From a virus (taxonomy: Duplodnaviria > Caudoviricetes), in IMG/VR virus record IMGVR_UViG_3300020255_000007, positions 1 to 31,698 of that record: a DNA stretch of 31,698 bases. One strand, written 5' to 3'. Position numbers and translations under genes: made by a program. The notes below the pieces were generated by a model. That model saw only the letters and a list, made by a program, of their open reading frames with translations, ran no database searches and was not told the origin of the DNA. Each line of letters begins with the position of its first letter. Positions within the stretch are counted from its first letter, which is position 1. Below are positions 1-9,623 of this stretch, one piece after another.

Positions 1-457
1 CAAAAGCAAATAATTTGTTAGCTCTGTCTGTGGCATCATTAGTAAATTCAGTTGAAGTAATTTCATTTGTAACAGAAGCTTTTATTGATCTGTCAACCTC
101 TTCCTGTACTTGTTGTATTTGTAGAGTTAATTTATCTAAACCATCCTCATGACTATCTGAAGGGAAAGGATCGTTTAACACATAATCAAATGTTTGAGTT
201 AAAGGTAATACTCTTTGGATAATAACCTTATCCGTATTTGATGGAGGTGTAACAAAATTTACATTACCCCCACTCGCATTTCCAACATTGGTAACAGTAT
301 AATGTGTTGTTATTGTCTGAAGAGTTTCAGTTCCACTTGCATCTCTTATGTAAACTTTTAAGTCAGTAGCTGCAAAAATTTTAAATGTATATGCAAAAGT
401 AGTGGATGAACCATTTCCTGTATAACTAACTTTATTTATTGTTGTTGATATTGTCAT
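1..457 (-). CDS. Tail fibre protein, N-terminal part (T7 gp17-like attachment domain), truncated by the window
   Basis: Hand translation from ATG at 457: MTISTTINKVSYTGNGSSTTFAYTFKIFAATDLKVY...QRVLPLTQTFDY..NDPFPSDSHEDGLDKLTLQIQQVQEEVDRSIK. This is a typical podovirus fibre N-terminus. Open to base 1 and absent from the ORF track. Confidence 0.9.
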   Translation of the reverse strand, partial: MTISTTINKVSYTGNGSSTTFAYTFKIFAATDLKVYIRDASGTETLQTITTHYTVTNVGNASGGNVNFVTPPSNTDKVIIQRVLPLTQTFDYVLNDPFPSDSHEDGLDKLTLQIQQVQEEVDRSIKASVTNEITSTEFTNDATDRANKLFAF

Positions 458-459
458 TT

Positions 460-3400
460 TTATTTCACCTTAAATTCTTGTCCTTTTCTAAAATTATATT
501 TGTAGTCTGTATTTTCTTCTGCTGTTTCTAGTCTGCCTAATATCACATTGATCCCGTCTTCGATCTCTGCCCAAAGCTCAGGATGATTGTCTTCAAACTC
601 AAAACTCGCTTGTTTTCTAGCAGCTTGAAACATTGATCCAATGTGACTGTTAACCATTTTACGAATTATCTTTTTCTTGTTCTTGGTATCTTCTGGATCA
701 AGACCAAAGAAACTTGACCCACCTATTGTGGTTATCTTCTCATTAAATTTTCCACCTACTTCTCCTGGGAAATTCGCATTGTCTATTTGATACTCTCGAA
801 CAAGCCCTTGATAATCAGTATCAATGTATTCTTGTAAGTATTCTAAAAATATTTTTCCAGCATCGATATGCATTTGTTCTAATGCTTTGTTATTTTGAAC
901 ATCAATTTCTATTCCTTCTAGGAAAAATGTATCTTGCCAATAACCAGGTAGACCCGCTCCTGTTTTTGTAAGCTCTGTATAAATCTCTCTACCATCATCA
1001 GTAAATTTTTCTCTTTGTTCTGATACCTTTATATGACCCCACATATCAGGATGTTTTACAGGCTCACCAAACTGATCTATAGGAGCTGCGTGTTGATTTG
1101 ATCTCCAAGGTGTGTATCTCGCATAGTCTGGTAATATAATATCCCACCAATCATCTACTTCACTTTCCATTCTTTTAGTACCATCAATCCATTTTGATCC
1201 TTGCTTTATAGCGTTAGGAACAAATTGTTCTTTAATATTTTTAACCGTACTTTCAAGAGAGTGTGCTATACCCCAATCAGCAGAAATAGTTGATGTTAAT
1301 TCTAAGAAACCCTGTAACAAAGTTTGCTCGGTAAATACACCATGAATAGTAGCAATACCGCTAAGAGCAATTTCAGAAAAAGTTGACTGATCAATGTTTG
1401 GATTACCAGCTAACTCACCTAACCCAACATACAAACCTATAATAGTTGAGAAAGGTTCGATGCCTTGATAACTAACCCAGCTATCACCAATTTTACATGA
1501 CATTGGTAATACACCTCTGGACTGATTAAAGGCTTGTATTTTTTTATCTTTCGGTGCTGGGCCTGTACATACTCCTGTTGCACCTAATGTCATCCATGTA
1601 GCACCAAGACCTAACATAAAATTAAATTCAGTTTGATACTTAGCCCACTCTGCTCCACCAGCTTCTTTTGCTGCGTGATACTTTTTGTTTGATGGTAACT
1701 TATGTAAACCAGGAATTTTATAAGTTAAATACTCTGCCGATTTCAAAGGTATTTTTGCAAATGGAACAAACAAATTACCCAGCCTATGTTGTGCAAGTCT
1801 ATTTAATACTTCACTAGTTTTAGATAACTCATCTGTTAAAGTAACTCGTTGTGCGTGTAGTATTGCTTGCTCTTTCATCTCTTTTGTTGGATTAGCAATT
1901 AACTCAGCCAACAAATCAGAAGCGTTAGGATCGTCAGCAATATTAACACCTCTATTCAGTTGTAATTCTCTAATTGCTAACTGATATAATTTTGCGTTAT
2001 AAGCTAAATTCTTATTAAACTGATCGCCAGCTGTTAACAGCTTTGTTGGTATTCTATCAAGAGTTACTATTCTCCCAAGGGTATCAGTTAAAGACGCTGC
2101 CCATCCTTCATCCATGCCTAAGCCTTCACCAGAGAAAGCTTCTTCTCTCATTGTGTTAGGCTTCCATTTTTCTCCAGGTAAAACTTGTCTATTATATTTG
2201 TAAGCAAGTTTTGCTGAGACCATAGCTTCATTAATACCATTGAGCATCCCATACCAATACCCAAGGGCTTCTTCCTCAGTTAATTTAGGAATATAGTTTG
2301 GGTCTTTCTTTGCTTTATTAGCTTCTTTTTGAGCTGTCCTAGCAAGATATACTTGCTCTTCGGTAATTAAACCCCATGCAGAAATAATATTTTTTGCTTG
2401 TGTTACTGGACTAGATAATAATGAATTAATTCTAACTTCGTTAATAGCATCATAACCTCTACTCCAAGCACTTCTGTTTTTAGCTACTGCTAAAGCATCT
2501 TCAACACCTATAGTTTCAGCAAGGACTTTCGCTAAATCATTAATTTGATTTTCACCACCATGTTGTCTAATTAAGGTATTTAACTCTTCAGCCATTAATG
2601 CTGTATCTTGAGAGCCTTGAACCGATATTTGCATTGACTGCATTGTTCTTGCAATTTCAGTTCTTACACCTAAAATTCTTGCTTGTATTTGGTTAACCAT
2701 TTCTAGTTGAACCATAAACCCATGCTTAACCATAGGAGTAGCTGTTTCTGGATTGTTTGCAAGTTTAGCTAAGTGTATTAATTTTCTTGTTTCATCTACT
2801 AAAACTATTCTTGCAGCAGTAAAAGTTTCTGCGTTCCACATCTCACCCTTATTAGTTTTTAGTATTCTTTCCCGTAATTTTTTTGGGTCTTCTCCTAATG
2901 TTTTAGCGAGTTGTAAAAGTTGTTCATTGGGCAATTTACCTCTTCTTTGTGTATTTGCTACAGCCTGTAATTCTTTATTTTTTGCTATCGCATTAATATA
3001 TTCCATAACATCCGAAGGCTGATATTCAATAGACTTTCCCGTCTTCTTATCAATTCGACCTGGATTTAATGTGAAGTAAGATACCGCACCACCCTCATCA
3101 GCTAGGTTATCAAATAACTTATTAATTTGATCATCAAAGTTATCTAATGCAGCTCCTTCATTTAATATAAATGTTGATGAAATATATTCTTTATATAAAC
3201 CATCATCTTGAATATTTTTTAGTTTCTTTTGTAGCTTAAAGATAGCTGCTTCTATCTCACTTTTTTCTCTAATAAGTCTTTTTGCATCATCCCCTGTAGC
3301 GGACTTAATTTCACTTTCTTTCATAACTAGCTGTTGTTCTAAATCAGCTAATGTATTTATATTTTCACCAATATCGCCTTTATTAATATTAACTTCATTC

Positions 3401-3753
3401 ACGCCTTGAGTAGTATCAAAAGCATCTCTGCTCATAGCTGCGTCATCTGCAAGCTCTTGGTTTTTTAAAACATATTCAGGTACAAGATTGCCCGCACCTT
3501 TAATATTTGCTCTAGCTTTTTTGTTAGGTTTTATAAATAAACCAGCTTGGACAAAATTTTCTGGAGCATCGTCATCAGGGCCTTCTTCTGCAAGAAGTAA
3601 ACCTTCCTCAACAAGTTTTTTATCTTGTCTAACGATAGTATCAGCCACTAGTTCTTCGCCTGTCATTGTTCTAGGTACTAGTTCTGTTTCAGCAGAAGGC
3701 ACTAGTGGTGCTTCAGCAGAAGTATCTACTGTTTCTATTTCTTCGATTTCCAT
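460..3753 (-). CDS. Large internal virion / ejection protein (gp16-like position)
   Basis: 1097 aa, helical, last gene before the tail fibre. C-terminal half has hydrophobic segments and a WVSYQGIEPFSTIIG motif like other podovirus large core proteins. Confidence 0.7.
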   Translation of the reverse strand: MEIEEIETVDTSAEAPLVPSAETELVPRTMTGEELVADTIVRQDKKLVEEGLLLAEEGPDDDAPENFVQAGLFIKPNKKARANIKGAGNLVPEYVLKNQELADDAAMSRDAFDTTQGVNEVNINKGDIGENINTLADLEQQLVMKESEIKSATGDDAKRLIREKSEIEAAIFKLQKKLKNIQDDGLYKEYISSTFILNEGAALDNFDDQINKLFDNLADEGGAVSYFTLNPGRIDKKTGKSIEYQPSDVMEYINAIAKNKELQAVANTQRRGKLPNEQLLQLAKTLGEDPKKLRERILKTNKGEMWNAETFTAARIVLVDETRKLIHLAKLANNPETATPMVKHGFMVQLEMVNQIQARILGVRTEIARTMQSMQISVQGSQDTALMAEELNTLIRQHGGENQINDLAKVLAETIGVEDALAVAKNRSAWSRGYDAINEVRINSLLSSPVTQAKNIISAWGLITEEQVYLARTAQKEANKAKKDPNYIPKLTEEEALGYWYGMLNGINEAMVSAKLAYKYNRQVLPGEKWKPNTMREEAFSGEGLGMDEGWAASLTDTLGRIVTLDRIPTKLLTAGDQFNKNLAYNAKLYQLAIRELQLNRGVNIADDPNASDLLAELIANPTKEMKEQAILHAQRVTLTDELSKTSEVLNRLAQHRLGNLFVPFAKIPLKSAEYLTYKIPGLHKLPSNKKYHAAKEAGGAEWAKYQTEFNFMLGLGATWMTLGATGVCTGPAPKDKKIQAFNQSRGVLPMSCKIGDSWVSYQGIEPFSTIIGLYVGLGELAGNPNIDQSTFSEIALSGIATIHGVFTEQTLLQGFLELTSTISADWGIAHSLESTVKNIKEQFVPNAIKQGSKWIDGTKRMESEVDDWWDIILPDYARYTPWRSNQHAAPIDQFGEPVKHPDMWGHIKVSEQREKFTDDGREIYTELTKTGAGLPGYWQDTFFLEGIEIDVQNNKALEQMHIDAGKIFLEYLQEYIDTDYQGLVREYQIDNANFPGEVGGKFNEKITTIGGSSFFGLDPEDTKNKKKIIRKMVNSHIGSMFQAARKQASFEFEDNHPELWAEIEDGINVILGRLETAEENTDYKYNFRKGQEFKVK

Positions 3754-3765
3754 GATAATCCCAAT

Positions 3766-3789
3766 AAAAAAGGGAGCACAGAGCTCCCT
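3766..3789 (-). terminator. Rho-independent terminator
   Basis: Minus strand AGGGAGC-TCTGT-GCTCCCT followed by a T run, downstream of the two small ORFs. Confidence 0.8.
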
Positions 3790-3831
3790 AACTTAAATCT
3801 TTATAAATGTGTTTGATTACATTGACTACAT

Positions 3832-3996
3832 TTATTCTTCTAATTCTGGTCTTAAATTGACACTTCCTGTAACTTTATCTTCTTCAAATGTAGTATTGTT
3901 AGCTTCTACCTTCTTTAAGTTATCCATTAACAGTTTATATGTTCTACTGTTTTCACCAAAATTTTTCTTAATCTTGTTTATTCTTTCTTGATCCAT
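3832..3996 (-). CDS. Small protein B (54 aa), paralogue of 3968..4126; candidate immunity/antitoxin
   Basis: MDQERINKIKKNFGENSRTYKLLMDNLKKVEANNTTFEEDKVTGSVNLRPELEE. AGGAG lies 6 nt upstream. Below the ORF-track size cutoff. Confidence 0.7.
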   Translation of the reverse strand: MDQERINKIKKNFGENSRTYKLLMDNLKKVEANNTTFEEDKVTGSVNLRPELEE

Positions 3997-4126
3997 CTAA
4001 AGCTCCTGTGTAAGTGACTTGATCTTTACTCTTTCTTTTATCTTTATTATTTGAAACTAGCATTTGATAGACTTCACTATCCTTACCAAACTCTTCTGCT
4101 AATAAATCTGCTAAATCTTTTGCCAT
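3968..4126 (-). CDS. Small protein A (52 aa); candidate immunity/antitoxin
   Basis: MAKDLADLLAEEFGKDSEVYQMLVSNNKDKRKSKDQVTYTGALDGSRKNKQD. Its ATG overlaps the TAA of the 986-aa gene, and AGGAG lies 8 nt upstream. Confidence 0.72.
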   Translation of the reverse strand: MAKDLADLLAEEFGKDSEVYQMLVSNNKDKRKSKDQVTYTGALDGSRKNKQD

Positions 4127-7086
4127 TATTGAAGCTCCTGTAACTTATAATCATTACCATCCTTGTTATACACTTTAGTTTTATAGTTTACAACATCAGC
4201 ATTTTTAATAGCTGTTTTCTTCTCTAATAATTTCTTAACTATTGTGGCAAAAAATATTCTCTGCTTATCAACAATATCATCAAAGTTTTCAAGTTTAAAA
4301 TTAGGATCGTATTCTGGAATATATTGAAGTCTTATCCCGTTAATTGTTGCACTATCAGGTGATCCAGATTTAGTTTGTACATCTGCTCTATTAGCCTGTC
4401 TTAGATCAGTTACAAATGTAAATCCATCTGCACCTAATGCATTAAGCTCATCTGTAATATCATTTACAATAGACATATTATCTGTGGCATCAAAATAGAT
4501 TTCAATTCCAGGTCGTAACGGTTCATTTGTTTTTGCAACATCATCACCTCTTACCACTGTTGATACAAAGAAACTATCTTGGTTTTTCTCGGTAGCAATA
4601 TTCTTTAATGTGTTTACAAGTTCAGTATCGTCAAATTTATCGGTATGTACTATTTCAACATCTAGAGCTCTTTCATCAACACCATCATATCTACCATATG
4701 TATTTTGTGCTTTAATAATTTTTGCTTCAGTATCTTTTGCTAAGACAGAAGTAATTTCAGAAGCCATCTCAGCTTGGTCATAATTAGTTGGTCTAGCGTT
4801 AAGCCTTTCTCCACTAATTCCAGCTGTTGTTCTTGTTAAGTTTTTCTCTTCTACTATATCAGCAATACTTCCACCTTTGTAATCACCAAATCGACTTTGT
4901 TCTGAGTACCATGCAATAGCTTGTAAATCATCAGCGTTTAACTTTCCCGTATCAGGAACAATAGCATTTATTCTGTTTATTAAATCAGAGTTATTAATTT
5001 GATCTTTAGCGGCATTAAACATTTTTTGACCAGCACCAAAGTCACCACCAATTTTTGGATTTTCAGCTGTGCTTCCTACTAAATGTTTTCCACCTACACC
5101 TTTTTCAGCAACATTATGAATAGCTTTTTCTCCACTTAATCTTCTAAGGTATCTCGCAGCCCAAACATCTATTGTTGCTTCATTAGAAGTACCTTTTAGG
5201 TTTTCAAGAAATTGAATTGTCTTTGGGCTTTTACCAGCACTAATTTGTCCAAAAGCACCTACTAAGGCTTCAGTTGCTGCAAGTGAGCTAGTACCATAAA
5301 GTCTACCAGCTGCGGTTCTAATTTTAGGAAAATCTTTTAATCCTTCTAAAGATAACTTTTTATTATTAACAACCTTTCCTTCTGCAAGTCTCGCATTAAA
5401 TGCTGCGATCTCATCATCAAAATATCCTTTAGTAAATCTTTCCATAATATCAAATGTCATGTTCACACTTGATCTTACTGATTTACCAGGAGATGTTGCC
5501 GAAGCTACATCCATAACAACATCAGAAGTACCGCCAAATATTTCTCTGTTTTGAGAAACAACATCTCTGTACCATGTTAATCTATTTAACATTTCAATAG
5601 CAGCTTCATCACCACTTTCAGCTCTTGTAACTATGCTCTCAATATCATCTACAATATTATTCGCTACAGTTTTAGTGTCTTTGTTAGCAATGTTGTATTC
5701 TTGTTTTTGGTAGTTAGGTAAATACGATCCATCTTCTTGTTTAATGAAAGGCCGGCTTTCTACAAGTCTTACCATTTCATATTCGTCAAAACTTTTATCA
5801 GAGAATATTCTTTTTTTATCAGCTATAGCTTCCCGTCTTAATTGCTTATAAAGTTTTGCATCACCTCTAGCAAAATCTTTAATAGCCATAATTTCTTGAG
5901 GTGATAATGCATCTACTCCTGTAGGGAATAAAAATCCACCTTGTAGTTGTCTACCACCGCTTGGGAGCATCTTTACTATATTACCAGCATTAAATAATAA
6001 CTGTAGTCCACCACCAACAACAGCACCTAAAGCAATATCTTTTCCTAACTTACTTAAATACTCCCAATTAGGAACACCATCTGCTGTTAAAAAGATATCT
6101 GGTTGTTGGTATGCAATGTGTTCTCTCAATGTATCAAGAGCTAATTCATCACCATTTCTAGCAGCTTCTATAATTGGCATCATTGCTTCTTGTACTTGTT
6201 CGTCACCTAGATTAATCATAACAGGGAAAATCAATCTTCCAGCTTTTGCTGTTTCTTCCCAATCAATCTCATCCATTAAACCACCTAATACTTGGTTCAT
6301 GTGATCTGAGTGAGAATAAGTTCCCATCCATCCAGCACCAGCTATAGGGCCACTTAAAGGCCCTAAACCTCTTTTAGTTAATTCTTTACCTAAAATTTGA
6401 CCACTCATTTGCCAAGTTTTACCAGCCATTAATCCTATAGGTGCAACATTAAGCGGATCATTAAGAGTATTCCATGTTGATAGTGCAATCATATTGGCAT
6501 CACCCTGTCCTCTTCTTAAAAAGAAAGGGCTTTGATGATCTGGTAATGGTTTAGCATTAAAGTAATCATCATAAAGAGCTCTCATTCTTCCATATATAAA
6601 AGCTTTTTCTATTTCATCATCTTCTAAGAAACCTAATCTTCCCCAGTTAAATAAGTTAGATGATAGGTTGTGTTTGTTCTTATTAATAAACTGTAAGGCA
6701 AAATTTGCGTAATCTTCATCTTTAAAACTATCTGGGTCTCGAAATGCACCACCAAGAGGAGAAAATGCAGAAACACTTGTACCATATTCACGAGGAAGCA
6801 TCATAGCCATACGATCACTATAATTAAATGCTTGTACAAATTGTTTACCAGCCATGATCACATCTTCGTTTTCAAACCAATGTCTCATATTAGCATCATC
6901 CCATGCTGTAGGTGATCCTTCTAATACAACCTCATTATCTTGGTTTTCTAAAATATCATTAACATCGTAACCTTGATTGACTAGCATATTTGTAGCAGAA
7001 GAATTTAGAATTCCTTTTTCTTCTGAATTATCTTTAATCTCAAATTTTTTAACTTGATCATTAATTATGTCTGTAAGAATAACCAT
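4126..7086 (-). CDS. Internal virion / ejection protein with C-terminal cargo domains (HhH-GPD glycosylase-like domain plus alpha/beta domains)
   Basis: 986 aa in the ejection-gene block. Gly-rich hydrophobic N-terminal third, then WY...SATSP...K..QF..NL.G...TIDVWAAR...LQAIAW. Confidence 0.65.
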   Translation of the reverse strand: MVILTDIINDQVKKFEIKDNSEEKGILNSSATNMLVNQGYDVNDILENQDNEVVLEGSPTAWDDANMRHWFENEDVIMAGKQFVQAFNYSDRMAMMLPREYGTSVSAFSPLGGAFRDPDSFKDEDYANFALQFINKNKHNLSSNLFNWGRLGFLEDDEIEKAFIYGRMRALYDDYFNAKPLPDHQSPFFLRRGQGDANMIALSTWNTLNDPLNVAPIGLMAGKTWQMSGQILGKELTKRGLGPLSGPIAGAGWMGTYSHSDHMNQVLGGLMDEIDWEETAKAGRLIFPVMINLGDEQVQEAMMPIIEAARNGDELALDTLREHIAYQQPDIFLTADGVPNWEYLSKLGKDIALGAVVGGGLQLLFNAGNIVKMLPSGGRQLQGGFLFPTGVDALSPQEIMAIKDFARGDAKLYKQLRREAIADKKRIFSDKSFDEYEMVRLVESRPFIKQEDGSYLPNYQKQEYNIANKDTKTVANNIVDDIESIVTRAESGDEAAIEMLNRLTWYRDVVSQNREIFGGTSDVVMDVASATSPGKSVRSSVNMTFDIMERFTKGYFDDEIAAFNARLAEGKVVNNKKLSLEGLKDFPKIRTAAGRLYGTSSLAATEALVGAFGQISAGKSPKTIQFLENLKGTSNEATIDVWAARYLRRLSGEKAIHNVAEKGVGGKHLVGSTAENPKIGGDFGAGQKMFNAAKDQINNSDLINRINAIVPDTGKLNADDLQAIAWYSEQSRFGDYKGGSIADIVEEKNLTRTTAGISGERLNARPTNYDQAEMASEITSVLAKDTEAKIIKAQNTYGRYDGVDERALDVEIVHTDKFDDTELVNTLKNIATEKNQDSFFVSTVVRGDDVAKTNEPLRPGIEIYFDATDNMSIVNDITDELNALGADGFTFVTDLRQANRADVQTKSGSPDSATINGIRLQYIPEYDPNFKLENFDDIVDKQRIFFATIVKKLLEKKTAIKNADVVNYKTKVYNKDGNDYKLQELQ
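4165..4193 (-). promoter_or_regulatory. Candidate sigma70 promoter for the two small genes, inside the 3' end of the 986-aa gene
   Basis: Minus strand TTGTAA-17 nt-TATAAC. Such matches also arise by chance in AT-rich DNA. Confidence 0.4.
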
Positions 7087-9119
7087 TATTTTAACCTTGT
7101 AATTTGATTGATATTGTCTTCAATTTTTAGATCGTCATCTATATCTGCTTGTGTAGCTTGAGCTTTTATCTGAGACTGAACAACCTTACTTGCCATATTA
7201 ATATTAGATTGATTTTCTCCTTGTTCAGAATTAGGTGTCATTTGAACATTTTCTCTTGCAGATTTAACATCCAATATAGCTTCAAGCCTATTTAGGTCAG
7301 TTGTAAGTGCTCCTAAATGAAACTTTCCTCCTTCACCAGAAATGGTTTTTTTAATAAAGCTAATACCGTTATTAATATCTACAGTTGTAAGGTCTTTAAC
7401 TTTCTTACCTCCCATTGCCGATATAACTCTAGGAGATAATCCAAACATACTTGATGTATCATCGTTAGCTGCATAAAAAGCGTAAGCTAAGTCTTTTGCA
7501 ACAGCTGCGTCATGATCCCCTTCAAGACCAGATAATGTTATTGTATCATAGTATCTCAGCGTATCTTCAATAAGGTTTTGATTTGTTTTGTCTTGTCCTT
7601 GCACCGCAAAGCCTTTAAAACCAGAACCCTTTAAGATGTATTCCAAATCATCTCTATTTTTTTTGTATTCTAAATATTTTGGTGTATTTTTTACCTTTGT
7701 ATCAAGTGCGTTTAATAAATTTTGTGTTGTATTTGGATCAAGTCCAGAGCTTTGTATTTCTGTTTTTAACTGACCAATTTCTTCACCTTTCATGGTGTTG
7801 AGGTTACTTATCCTTTTTAGTAATTCATCGTGAGCACCCTGATTATAAGTAGTTTTACCTCTGACAGCTTTAAGAAGGTTTTCACGCTGTTGCTCGGTTA
7901 TTTTAACTAATCTTGATGTTCCTGTTTCAAGATCAGTAACTATTTTACCTTTTATGTTTAGTTCTAATATCTCTTGTTCACTTACTTCAATCTCTGGGTT
8001 ATTTATAAATGAAAACATTTCCTCAGTTATTTGGTCTTGTTGGTTTTTAATGTATTTTGTTTCATCATTAGAAGCTTTTATAGCTTTTATAGTTCTACGG
8101 TTTTCTTCTCTAGTTCTTTCTTCTGTTAATTTACCTACTTTAACAGCTAACCAATCTTGGTCTAAACCATGAGTGATGTTGTTGTATTCAATATCACCTT
8201 GCAGACTATTTATTAAATCTGAATATCCTTTGTAAAATTCATCATCTCCTAAATTTGCAAGACTTGCTTCCTGTACTGAAATTTTACCTTTTAAATATTC
8301 TCTCCATTTTTTTACTCTTTGCTCTTCCGCTTCGGCAGTTGTTAGTAAATTATTTGCTACCATGATATCAAAAGCATCTGGGCCTTGTTGTGGGTCTAAA
8401 CCTTGAGCTAACATATTAACCCAATAAGTAGGGCTTTGTGGATTTACATCAATAGCAAAAACTTCGTTTATGTGTTGATACTCCACAGTAAGATCACCTC
8501 TTCTAAATCCACCGATAGCACCTTGTATGTTCATATCTACTGAATTTAGTTGAGAGAGTTTTAAGTTAGCTATGTTATTTTTAATAGCAAACTCTCTTGC
8601 ACTTTTAAGACTTGATATTTCTAATTGACCAAATTTATCAATTAAAACTTTCTCTACTCTATTACTTGATGCGGGTTTAAAAGTTCTTTCATCTTCATTA
8701 ACGGGATTACCTTGGTAATAAGAGATAGTATCAAAACCACCTTTTCCATTATCAACCTGAACATTGAAATCCCATAAACCACCATTCTTAATAGTGTTAC
8801 TTAGATTGCCATAATTTGTTTTAAGAAAAGCTTCTCTTTCAGAAACAGGCAATAATAATGAAGCCTGTTCAATATCTATTAATCTATTGTTAATCTTTTT
8901 TATACCTTCAATGGCTTCAGTAGTTTCTCTAACTTCTCTTTCTTTTTGAGCAAAACTATTAACCACACCAGCAAGCTGTGTGACAGCGTTAGCCATGTCT
9001 TGTTGCCCACTGTATTTTGCACTTGCAGCAGAAGGATTGTAGATTGATGGGTTCATCATAATGCTCCCACCCTCAGAAGTTTGTTCTGCTTGATTTTCAA
9101 ATGTTGGAATTTTTACCAT
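7086..9119 (-). CDS. Internal virion protein (gp15-like position)
   Basis: 677 aa, helical, MVKIPTF N-terminus. Follows the gp14-like gene. Confidence 0.6.
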   Translation of the reverse strand: MVKIPTFENQAEQTSEGGSIMMNPSIYNPSAASAKYSGQQDMANAVTQLAGVVNSFAQKEREVRETTEAIEGIKKINNRLIDIEQASLLLPVSEREAFLKTNYGNLSNTIKNGGLWDFNVQVDNGKGGFDTISYYQGNPVNEDERTFKPASSNRVEKVLIDKFGQLEISSLKSAREFAIKNNIANLKLSQLNSVDMNIQGAIGGFRRGDLTVEYQHINEVFAIDVNPQSPTYWVNMLAQGLDPQQGPDAFDIMVANNLLTTAEAEEQRVKKWREYLKGKISVQEASLANLGDDEFYKGYSDLINSLQGDIEYNNITHGLDQDWLAVKVGKLTEERTREENRRTIKAIKASNDETKYIKNQQDQITEEMFSFINNPEIEVSEQEILELNIKGKIVTDLETGTSRLVKITEQQRENLLKAVRGKTTYNQGAHDELLKRISNLNTMKGEEIGQLKTEIQSSGLDPNTTQNLLNALDTKVKNTPKYLEYKKNRDDLEYILKGSGFKGFAVQGQDKTNQNLIEDTLRYYDTITLSGLEGDHDAAVAKDLAYAFYAANDDTSSMFGLSPRVISAMGGKKVKDLTTVDINNGISFIKKTISGEGGKFHLGALTTDLNRLEAILDVKSARENVQMTPNSEQGENQSNINMASKVVQSQIKAQATQADIDDDLKIEDNINQITRLK

Positions 9120-9128
9120 ATTAAATCT

Positions 9129-9623
9129 CTAACTATAAAAAGAAGCCGCTGTAGTTACGCCACTTAATAACCCAGCTCTTCCTGAAGCATAGCCACCAGC
9201 TTTCGCTGCACGGCCATACTGAATATTCATATCAGCACCAAGTCTTTGTTGTAGTGCTTCTTCTCTTAATTGATCTTGCTCAACAGAAGTGTTGTATCTC
9301 ATAATATCAATTTGATCTTGTGCTTCTCTTGCATTTTCTACCATTAAAACTAAACCAGTTCCTGTATCTGATCTGAAACCTGATTTATGAATAGCTGTCC
9401 TGGTAGTAGATTGTACTTTATCAAATTGTTTACGAAACCTTTGTACATTGTACTCAGTGCTACGACCTAATAATAATGCTTGAGCGTCTAATACTTTTGC
9501 ATTTCTTTCATTGACTTTTGCTTGTTGTTCATAAGCTTGTTGTTGTGCCTTACCCGCTTTCTTTGAAGCGTTGTAAGACATAACACCACCGACAACACCT
9601 AATACTGCACCTACCCAACCCAT
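9129..9623 (-). CDS. Internal virion protein (T7 gp14-like)
   Basis: Hydrophobic Gly-rich N-terminus, Gln/Ala coiled coil and Gly/Ala C-terminus. Conserved position. Confidence 0.75.
   Translation of the reverse strand: MGWVGAVLGVVGGVMSYNASKKAGKAQQQAYEQQAKVNERNAKVLDAQALLLGRSTEYNVQRFRKQFDKVQSTTRTAIHKSGFRSDTGTGLVLMVENAREAQDQIDIMRYNTSVEQDQLREEALQQRLGADMNIQYGRAAKAGGYASGRAGLLSGVTTAASFYS

Noticed and set aside
3809-3991. Plus-strand 60-aa ORF from the track
   Set aside because: Antisense shadow of small protein B. The minus-strand ORF has the SD, operon context and a paralogue.
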